From NCBI GenBank assembly GCA_951406725.2, contig OX597817.1, positions 82,646,001 to 82,710,000 on the forward strand: 64,000 nucleotides of DNA. Direction: 5' to 3'. Shown piece by piece: positions 26,527 through 36,859 of this stretch. Below the pieces are notes generated by a model. It searched no databases. It was given only the letters and a program-made list of their open reading frames with translations, and was not told the DNA's origin. How positions within the stretch are numbered: position 1 is the stretch's first letter; each line of letters begins with the position of its first letter. Origin of the DNA: Octopus vulgaris (lineage: Eukaryota). The position numbers and the translations under genes were made by a program.

Positions 26527-27900
26527 TTAAACTTTATGAGTAACAGGTGCAGGTATGGATGTGTGCTTGAAAAGTTTGTTTTCAAACCATATGGTTTTGG
26601 GTTCAATCCCACTACATGGTACCTTGGGCAAGCATCTTCTGCTGTAGCATCAAGCCAACCAAAGCCATGTGAGTGGATTTGGTAGACAAAAAATTGAAAG
26701 AAGCTTGTTGAATGTGTGTGTGTGTGTATCATCATCATCATCATAATCATTGTCATCATTTTAATGTCACTTTTCTGTGCTTGCATGGGTTGGACAAAGT
26801 TTAGTGAGGCAGATTTTTCTATATATGTAAGTATGTATGTGTGTGTGTGTTTGTGTGTTGTGTTTGGTTGCCTGCCTTGACGTTACATAATAGTAGTAAA
26901 TGAGTGCCACTGTCATACAAGCAGTGTCATTCATTTCCAATATTCTACAAAACCATGTCTGGCCATGGAGAAGTATTACCTTGCTTGGAAACAAGTGAGA
27001 TTTGGCTGCAGAAAGGGCATCTGGCTGTAGAAAATCTGCTTCAATAAACACCATCTGAATCAGAAAAGGAGGGGAATATGGAGGGGATAGAGAAAGAGGA
27101 AGAAAAGGAGGAGGTTGAGGGGGAGAAGGAAGATAAGGAGGCTGGGGTGGAGGAGGCTGAGTGGGAGGAGGAAGAGGGGAGAGAAGAATGAGGATGCTGA
27201 GGGAGAGAAAGGGGAGGAAGCTGAGAGAGAGGGAGGAGGAAGAGGAGGAGAGCCTGAGAGGGAGGAGGAGGAGGACATGGAGGTGGTTGATGGGAGGAGA
27301 AAAGCTGATGATGTAAAGAAAAACTTCTGGACGTAGGATTACTAAGTTTTTTTTTGTTTTTTTGTTATAGTTATTCGATTCTTGATCTTATTACGGGCCT
27401 TAATGTTTCTACACTAAAACTATGGACACAGTTTCATATGAGCTGCACCAACAACAAAGTCAATTTATTTTCTAACACATCAATCACCCAATCAAACATC
27501 AAGAGGTGGTAACAACAAAGAGAAATTAACAATCAATCATGCTATAATAAAATAGGATGAAATGCATTTAATCTGGAATTCGCAACAGTGAAGCTGTCTT
27601 CCAATAATCTCAGCTATTCTGCTCTGTAATACAATTTCTGAAGTGGTTTCACTTTGAAACACTCACTTATAATACAGGTTCATTTAAGCAATATCTGTGC
27701 TAAAGAAATGGTGGTGTTGAGCTCTCAGCCAAAGTGATAAAATTTTGAATTCTAGTTGAGTTATAGCATTTAACTCACTAAGTATAAATTTAACATTACT
27801 AAGTATGTTAATATTTCTTGTTCACATTATATTCTTCCAGTTTTGGTGGCAATTTGGTACAGCAGAATTAAAAAACTAATGTCTTTGGCAAAATACAGTA

Positions 27901-28699
27901 CAGTAATCCCTCTACTATTGCGGGTGCTACATTCCAAAACCCCCGCATGGGTGAAAATTCATGAAGAAGAAACAGTACTGTACTCTATATTTTTTTATTA
28001 TTTTTATAATTTCATAACCTCGTGGCCTGTGCCAGGGGTGTAACCAGCCCACTTATGCGTACCTTTCCTTCATTGGACATCAAACTTTGTTAGTGAAGAC
28101 CTGTTGAGGCAAGTGAAATCTAAATCAAATTCAATGACTGGCATTCGTACTAGTGTGATCATTGCCAGAGTGTGATCATTGCCAGAGCAGCTAACTGGCT
28201 CCCATGCTGGTGGCATGTAAAAAGCACCATTCGAGCATGATCGTAACCAGCATCGGTTACTGGCACTTGTGCCGGTAGCATGTGAAAAAACGTTTGAGCG
28301 AGGTTGTTGCCAGTGCTGCTGGACTGGCTCCTGTGCAGGTGGTACATAAAAAACACCATTTGAATGTAACCATTGCCAGTACTGCCTGACTGGCCTTCGT
28401 GCCGGTGGCACTTTAAAAGCACCCACTACACTCTCGGATTGGTTGGCATTAGGAAGGGCATCCACCTGTAGAAACTCTGCCAGATCAAGATTGTGCAGCC
28501 ATCTGGTTCGCCAGTCCTCAGTCAAATCGTCCAAACCATGTTAGCATGGAAAGCGAATGTTAAACGATGATGATGATGTACATATTAATCTTATTAAAAA
28601 TGTAAAACAACACCTCAGAGGAATCGACGTAAGCTTAAATAATAAACCACGATAGGTGAACCGTGATAGGTGAATCACAATATGAGTGAGAGATTATAG
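27901..28699. mobile_element. pogo/Tigger-like MITE interrupted by an RTE 3' module (28015-28580)
   Basis: TA|CAGTAATCCCTC...GAGAGATTATAG|TA with subterminal GATAGGTGAA repeats. Confidence 0.65.
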
Positions 28700-30167
28700 T
28701 ACTTCATATTCTTCTTCCTTTACTTTAGTAATATCTGTCACCCAGTAAACTTGTTCAGAATTTAAAAATTAGAAAAATAAATAAATAAAAATAGAAACAA
28801 GGGTTAATTTTAAAAAATTAATTGTTACTATTGTTTAGCTCCAGGTCAGCCACAATCAAGCAGCCCTATGATCAATGGTATTTCAGCCATGGCCATCTCA
28901 CCTTTACATAAATGTGTGTGACTTTACAGATGAAAGACACATCATACTACAATGTCTAATGTGCCTTTACAGTTGTTTTAAGATGATAGGATAATGTTTT
29001 TTTTGAGGATGATTTGCCTGCTATTTCTAGCAAGCTGAGAAACTTTGTTTTAGCTCTCTCATCTTATGAGAAGACTGCCTTATCTCATAAAACTTGATTG
29101 CTCTTGAAGTATCTTTGTTGGTGGTTTCTTATTATTATTTACTTCCAGAATAATGATACTGAAGCAGACTATAATCAAAAGGCAATTCTAATTTCTAATT
29201 TCTTTACTGCCCACAAGGGGCTACACACAGAAGAGACAAACAAGAAGAGACAAATGGATTAAGTTGATTATATCAACCCCAGTGTGTAACTGGTACTTAT
29301 TTAATCGACCCTGGAAGGATGAAAGGCAAAGTCGACCTTGGCAGAATTTGAACTCAGAACGTAGCAGCAGACAAAATACCTATTTCTTTACTACCCACAA
29401 GGGGCTAAACACAGAAAGGACAGACAAACGGATTAAGTTGATTACATCGACCCCAGTGCATAACTGGTACTTATGTAATCAACCCCGAAAGGATGAAAGG
29501 CAAAGTCGACCTCGGCAGAATTTGAACTCAGAATGTAACAGCAGACAAAATACTACTAAGCATTTCGCGTGGCATACTAACATTTCTGCCAGCTCGCCTC
29601 AAAAGGCAATTCTAGCATGACCAACATGCCTTTATCTTTTCCAACATCTCAGAAGGCTTTCTTTTTTTAGATAGCAGGGTATGATTAGAGGGACATTTTG
29701 GCTGCTATTTTTAATAGTCCAAATGACTATGTAGAGTCTCTGTCATTTCTTTTTCTTTTCCTCTTTACTCAGGTCTAAGACAAACACTTGGTAGATTGCT
29801 GTTGTTCCCCATTCAGAGAGGCCTTGCAGTAAGCTACAGTGAAATTTGAAACTCCGTGCAGTGGTGTTATAAATTAAATGCCATAAAACATACAACATCA
29901 AGTCCAGATCATCTCTACTGTCTCCATCAATTTCATCATCCATTTTCCCTATTAAGAACTTATTAAGTTAGATTACAAGATGTTGTGTGATACTTTTTTA
30001 AGTATTTAATTAGAGAGTAGAGAACATCACTTACAATCCATTTTGCTTTTGTTTTTTGTCATGGCCCCTGAAACTGTTAGTAGCAGGAGGAGATGTTATC
30101 CTCAAACCCGAGACCCAGCTCGAAAGTCTGTGACAAAGTGGACTTTGTGAAAAGGACCTAAGAAGTA

Positions 30168-30515
30168 GGTGATGTTATTTAACTGGATGGGGAATTAACC
30201 CCCACCACCCATGAACCATGGTAGTGTTAATCTTGGCAATAGATTAACTCTTTCCACTAAGGACCAGGTGGTGGTCCTAATCTGAAAAGTGGATTAAGTT
30301 TAACAAACACTGATACGATGGTGCTGTTAATCTGGGAAGTGGATTAAGTTTAACACACAACGACTAGGTGATGATATTAATCTAGGCAGTAGATTAAATC
30401 TATCATCCAATAACCAGGTGTGAATGTTAATTTGGGCAGTGGATTAAGTTTAACACCCAAGGATCAGGTGGTAGTATCAGTCTGAGCAGAGGATTAACTC
30501 AACCACCCAAGAACT
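30168..30515. repeat. 50-bp minisatellite, about 7 diverged units, each with an internal palindrome
   Basis: TTAATC-like motif at 30227, 30277, 30327, 30377, 30427 and 30477. Unit core TTAATCT-N7-(A/G)GATTAA. Confidence 0.9.
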
Positions 30516-31721
30516 TAGAACCTAAACAAGTGGAACAAATATCACCACAAAACATCGTGTCTGATGCTCTAAGAATTCCATCAGTTTAAAGATATGGATG
30601 GCTGTTACTCTATATTACCGAACTCCCAAAAAGATAAAGGGGTGAAGAGAGTTGGAGGAAATATCACAAGATATTTTATTCAGAACTCTGACGAGTTTGC
30701 CAATTAGTGACTTTAATTATGATAATAAAGTACTGAGCAGAATGGAAAGTAGAAATATGTTGTAGTGCTGACCTGTTGAAACTTTGATAGCATTGGGAAA
30801 TCTGAAAAAAAGGATAAAGATCCTTCCTGTGTCATCTAGATTCATAGGGCTGGTTTCCTAGTTTCCATGGTATATATATTACCCACAAGATAGGATGCTG
30901 GTCCATTGCTGGATTACTCATTTTTGCCAGCTGAGCAGACTGGAGCAATGTGAAATAAAGTGTTTTGCTCAAGAACACAATGCCCAGAATTGAAACCATA
31001 ATCTTAGGATCATCAGTCCAACACGCTAACCACTAAGTCACATACCGAAACACTGGAAAAATAGTTACTATATTCATTGTTGCTGTTAAGGCAGTGAGCT
31101 GGCACAATTGCTACCATGCAACACAAAATGCTTAGCAGCATTTTTTCTGGTTTCACTTTCTGAGTTCAAATTCCAGCAAGATTGATTTTGCCTTTCATCA
31201 GTGTTGATAAAATAGGTATAAGTTGAACACTGGGTTCAATGCAATTCACTTGTCCACTTAAAATTGTTAGCCTTGTGCCAAAATTTAAAACCATTATTAT
31301 TATTACTATTATTAAGCTGCGAAAAATGGTTAGTACACCAGACAAAAATTTTAGCATCATTTTGCTGTATCTACATTCTGAGTTCAAATTCTGTCAAGGT
31401 CGACTTTGCCTTTCATCCTTTTAGGGTCGATTAAATAAGTACCACTTGAATCCTAGGGTCAATGTAATTGACTAGAATCCTCCTCCAAACTGCTGGCTAT
31501 GAGCCAAAATTTGAAACCATTTCAAGCCATTATTACGATGGTGAGCAGACAGAATTGTTAGTGTGTCAGACAAAATGCTTAGTGGCATTTCTTCCAATTC
31601 TTTATGGTCTGAGTACAAATTTCCTTGAGGCTAAGTTTGCTTATCATCCTTTTAAGTTTGTTAAAATAAGTACCAGTCAAGAACTGGTGTTGATGTAACT
31701 CTCCTTAAAAAATTATTATTA

Positions 31722-31950
31722 ATTAATCCTTTAGCATTTAAACCAGCCATATCAGGCCAAAATATTCAACCTATTTTATATTAAAACTAGCCAGATCCAG
31801 CCTCTTACACCTACTCTTCAATGTCATTCTAAAATTAAACAGTCACGTCGTTGAAATCTCAAACATACAACATAATGCATGATGAATTCCAAGCAGTGTA
31901 AATAAATAAGCATTATATTTGACAGAAAAATCTGAATGATAAAGAGTTAT
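31722..31950. mobile_element. Diverged piggyBac-like MITE
   Basis: TTAATCCTTTAGCATT...AATGATAAAGAGTTA. Partial reverse-oriented relative at about 53320-53462. Confidence 0.55.
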
Positions 31951-33131
31951 GGTAGTGACTTGGCAGAATTATTAGCATATCAGACAAAACGGTAAATGGT
32001 ACTTCTTCTAGTTCTTAATATTTTGAGTTCAAATTCCACTGAGGTTGACTTTGCTTTTCATACTTTCGGGATTGACAAAATACAAAGTGGACTGGTTCTG
32101 TAAGTACACTAACAGATGGCAACACACAATTGCAGGCACAGTCAGAGCTAGTAGTCACCTTCATAAGGCAGTATGCTGAATGATATCACTATTTGTGATG
32201 TGAAATTTGTGATCATGTGTATGCTGTGGTCTGTGATTTTGTCCTGGACAGGAAGTTGGAACAAAGAACCAATGTGAAATTTTGAGTTAAACTTGGGAAG
32301 TCTGCTACAGAGACATTGAGCATGCTTTAGAATGCTTATGGTAATGATGCAATGGGCCATACACGACGATTCAAGTGACACAAGTACTGCAAAAGCAGAA
32401 AAATGTCCCTGGAAGATGGCGAGTGATCTGGAGGACCTGCCACGAGCATCATCCTTGGAAATGTAGTATTGTGCATGGAGAATTAGTCTCCCAGGACCAG
32501 ACCATCTATTGAGAGTTCTACTGCGATGTTTTGAAGCATTCGATGAAGGACATTTGGTGAAAGTGACCGGATCAATGGAGCATGAAGAACTGGATTCTTC
32601 AAGCTCTCCTCACTCATGAGTTTCTCGCCGAAAACAACATGGTATTGCTTCTAGATTGGCCTATTCACCAGATTTAGCACCTTGCAGACTTCCATCTCTT
32701 TCACAAGATGAAATGCAGCTCAAAGGTTATCATTTTAACACCATTGTCGAGATCCAGAGCAAATCGCAGAAGGTCCTCAACTCATGGAAAATTACTTCCA
32801 GGCCAGATTCCAAAAGTGGTAGGAATACTGGGTCCAGTGTATTGTTGCACAAGGTGACTATATTGAAGATGATGTTAGAACATAGGTAAATAAGTTATTT
32901 TTTTTATTAAACATCACTAGTAGTAGGCATAGGAGAGGCTGTGTGGTAAGTAGCTATAGGTGTAGGAGTGGCTGTGTGGTAAGTTGCTTGCTTACCAACC
33001 ACATGGTTCCGGGTTCAGTCCTACTGTGTGGCACCTTGGGCAAGTGTCTTCTACTATAGCCTCAGGCCGACCAAAGCCTTGTGAGTGAATTTGGTAGACG
33101 GAAACTGAAACAAGCCCATCGTATATATGTG

Positions 33132-33190
<59 letters not shown>

Positions 33191-33232
33191 AAACAAGTCA
33201 AAAATAGAAAATGCTACGATAATTTTATAGTG

Positions 33233-33285
33233 AATCTTTCAGTACCGGTTTCGGTCATTTTGAGACCTTTTCAACTGTAACGATT
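33233..33285 (-). ncRNA. Minimal type I hammerhead, U3-A8 variant (left arm)
   Basis: Reverse complement of 36662-36714. Confidence 0.75.
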
Positions 33286-33897
33286 AAATAATTAAATTTA
33301 GAAAAATTAGAAGAAAAGTTTTTTTAAAAGAATATTTCTGTAGTAGTGTTCAGATATAAGTAGCATTCTGCCTTTCTCTGACTCCCTTGTTTGCACTTGT
33401 GTGTTCGAGGTCGTTTTGAGTTCTTGGTAGGATAGGTGAAGAATAATGAGGCTGATGTGGAGAGGGGTGGGGAAATCTGGGAATGCCTTAATGGTCGTAT
33501 TTTGAATGGTCAGTGGCTGACAGTAGTCGCATTTCAATTCAGGAATTGTTTATGGAATTTGCGTAGGCGTTATACTGAAAGACATTAGTGACAAGGTTAA
33601 GGGGTGGAAGGTGGAGAAGTAGAAGAAGAAGAAGATGACGATGTTGATGATGATGATGATGAAGAAGAAGGAGAAGGAGAAGATGGTGGTGATGATGGTG
33701 GTGATGATGATGACGACGATGATGATGATAATGATGATGATGAAGAAGAAGAGGAAGAAGAAGAAGAAGAAAGAAACAGAGAAGGGAGAATATGAATGGG
33801 TGTAAGTATAGCTGTGATGGGGCTGATTAGTAATGGATTCTATGGAGTGTAATATTTGTGTGTATATATATTTCTTTTATTCTAAAGTTGAGGTATA

Positions 33898-35323
33898 TTA
33901 ATTGTTTGTCGTAGACCCGTTAAGAAGTGGCTTGTATTTTGTAATAAAGAGATTTTCTTTACTTATTCGTTGTCTCGAGGTTGTATCGTCCCTAAATTGG
34001 TAGAGGGGGAAAATTCTGAAGTTTGGTGTTTTTTTGTTGGCGCAAGTATCTATGTGTTGGCTAAAAGCTATTTTTCTGTTTTGGGGAATTTTTATCTGGG
34101 ATCTGTGCAGGGCCATTCGTTTACGCAAACCATTTTTTGTTTGGCCTATGTACTGCTCTTGACACCCGGAGCAGGTTAGTGAGTATATTAGGTTCTCCGA
34201 AGCACATGTGAAGTTGCTTTTCACTGTAAACCGTTGTCCCTGTTTGAAGGAGAACTCTGATCCCTCAATTAGATAGTCGCATATCCCGCAATTGGGTCTT
34301 CCACATTTTTTTACTGTCGGCTTCTGTGTTGAAGAGTGAATTCGGGCTTGTGTAAGGAGACTTTTCATGGATCTAGGCTGTCTTTTGCTTTTTATGATCG
34401 TGTGTGTTTGGAGGATTGTGTTCATTCTGTGGTCTTTTTTTAGGAGGGGTATGTTGTGGAGGATGGTGTCGAAGGCTTCGTTATTGAGAGGGTTGTGTGT
34501 GGAGATGTATGGTAAGGCTTTTGGTTGTAAGTTTTTCTTTGATTTGGGATGTCTCAGTTCCTTGATGCACGTTGAATGCACTTGTCAATAAGTGAAGGTG
34601 GATAGTTCCTGGTGATAAGGGTATCTTTTAGTTCTTGTAGTCATGTGTCTCTGGTGTTTGCGTTAGAGACTATAGTGCATATCCTTTTTGCTAGATTGAA
34701 GGGGATATTCATCCTGGTGTGTCTGGGGTGGCATGAATTGAATGGAAGATATTGCTTAGAGTCTGTAGGCTTATAGTATATGTCTGTTTCTATTATATTA
34801 TTAGCTTTCTTAATGAGGATATCGAGGAAGGGTAGTTGTTGTTGGCTATATTCCATCGTGAAATGGATGTTTACGTCCAGTCCGTTTAAAATTTTCTGGA
34901 ATTCTATGAGTTTTTCTATATTTTTATGCCAAAGGATGAAACAGTCATCTAGATATCTCTTCCAGTTGTTTTCTATGTAGATGGAGAAAGGGCTGCCATA
35001 TCTTTCTAGAACCTTACGATACAGACTGATCTCTAGGTATCCTATGACTAGGTTGGCAAAGGAGGGGGCCATTCGTGTACCCATCGCAGTCCCCGATTTT
35101 TGTCGGTAGAAGTTCTCATTGAAGGCGAAGAAGTTATTTTCCAGGATGAATTTAACCCCTTCCATCACAAATTCTTTTTTGATGCGGTGTGGTAGTTCGT
35201 TGGCGTGATTCTCTAGCCAGAATTGGATTGCCTCTAGTCCTAGGTTGTGGGGGATATTGGAGTAGAGGTTGACTACATCGAAGGATACCAGTATGGTGTT
35301 TTTGTTTATAGTATTCGGTAGGT
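33898..35323 (-). pseudogene. PLE RT + GIY-YIG ORF, 5'-truncated and disabled
   Basis: LVSFDVVNLYSNIP, QKSGTAMGTRMAPSFAN, WKRYLDDCF, LPFLD, SCHP, then LIYSLTCSGCQEQYIGQT..LRKRMALH. Stop codon at 34641 and a frameshift near 34575. Confidence 0.95.
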
Positions 35324-36051
35324 GATACCCTTATCACCAGTTACTATCCACCTTCACTTATTGACAAGTGCATTCAACGTGCATCAAGGAACTGAGACAT
35401 CCCAAATCAAAGAAAAACTTACAACCAAAAGCCTTACCATACATCTCCACACACAACCCTCTCAATAACGAAGCCTTCAACACCATCCTCCACAACATAC
35501 CCCTCCTAAAAAAAGACCACAGAATGAACACAATCCTCCAAACACACACGATCATAAAAAGCAAAAGACAGCCTAGATCCATGAAAAGTCTCCTTACACA
35601 AGCCCGAATTCACTCTTCAACACAGAAGCCGACAGTAAAAAAATGTGGAAGACCCAATTGCGGGATATCCTACTATCTAATTGAGGGATCAGAGTTCTCC
35701 TTCAAACAGGGACAACGGTTTACAGTGAAAAGCAACTTCACATGTGCTTCGGAGAACCTAATATACTCACTAACCTGCTCCGGGTGTCAAGAGCAGTACA
35801 TAGGCCAAACAAAAAATGGTTTGCGTAAACGAATGGCCCTGCACAGATCCCAGATAAAAATTCCCCAAAACAGAAAAATAGCTTTTAGCCAACACATAGA
35901 TACTTGCGCCAACAAAAAAACACCAAACTTCAGAATTTTCCCCCTCTACCAATTTAGGGACGATACAACCTCGAGACAACGAATAAGTAAAGAAAATCTC
36001 TTTATTACAAAATACAAGCCACTTCTTAACAGGTCTACGACAAACAATTAA
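35324..36051 (+). pseudogene. Inverted copy of the PLE linker + GIY-YIG region
   Basis: 227-aa ORF differing from 33898-34581 at four residues. Confidence 0.95.
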
Positions 36052-36661
36052 TATACCTCAACTTTAGAATAAAAGAAATATATATACACACAAATATTAC
36101 ACTCCATAGAATCCATTACTAATCAGCCCCATCACAGCTATACTTACACCCATTCATATTCTCCCTTCTCTGTTTCTTTCTTCTTCTTCTTCCTCTTCTT
36201 CTTCATCATCATCATTATCATCATCATCGTCGTCATCATCATCACCACCATCATCATCACCATCTTCTCCTTCTCCTTCTTCTTCATCATCATCATCATC
36301 AACATCGTCATCTTCTTCTTCTTCTACTTCTCCACCTTCCACCCCTTAACCTTGTCACTAATGTCTTTCAGTATAACGCCTACGCAAATTCCATAAACAA
36401 TTCCTGAATTGAAATGCGACTACTGTCAGCCACTGACCATTCAAAATACGACCTTTAAGGCATTCCCAGATTTCCCCACCCCCTCTCTACATCAGCCTCA
36501 TTATTCTTCACCTATCCTACCAAGAACTCAAAACGACCTCGAACACACAAGTGCAAACAAGGGAGTCAGAGAAAGGCAGAATGCTACTTATATCTGAACA
36601 CTACTACAGAAATATTCTTTTAAAAAAACTTTTCTTCTAATTTTTCTAAATTTAATTATTT

Positions 36662-36714
36662 AATCGTTACAGTTGAAAAGGTCTCAAAATGACCGAAACC
36701 GGTACTGAAAGATT
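36662..36714 (+). ncRNA. Minimal type I hammerhead, U3-A8 variant (right arm)
   Basis: AAUCGUUACAG-UUGAAAA-GGUC(ucaaaau)GACC-GAAA-CCGG-UA-CUGAAAGAUU. Palindromic ACCGGU stem III and GUA triplet. Confidence 0.75.
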
Positions 36715-36810
36715 CACTATAAAATTATCGTAGCATTTTCTATTTTTGACTTGTTTTTTCATATATATCAACTCGTGTGTTCCTTTCCACCCTTATACAT
36801 ATATATATAT

Positions 36811-36859
<49 letters not shown>

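Larger units (their letters stand above)
33187..36798. mobile_element. Penelope-like retroelement, head-to-head inverted insertion in (TA)n
   Basis: Arms 33187-34625 and 35324-36760 are near-identical reverse complements. The 698-bp spacer is RT sequence. A short tail (to 36798) is present only on the right arm. Confidence 0.95.

Noticed and set aside
30168-30515. CRISPR-like array (palindromic repeats at regular spacing)
   Set aside because: The intervening segments are homologous to each other, the repeats are degenerate, there are no cas genes and the context is an animal intron.
33604-33795. Acidic E/D-rich ORF and its mirror at 36154-36342
   Set aside because: Translation of a (GAT/GAA)n tract antisense to the PLE 3' region, with a GTG start.
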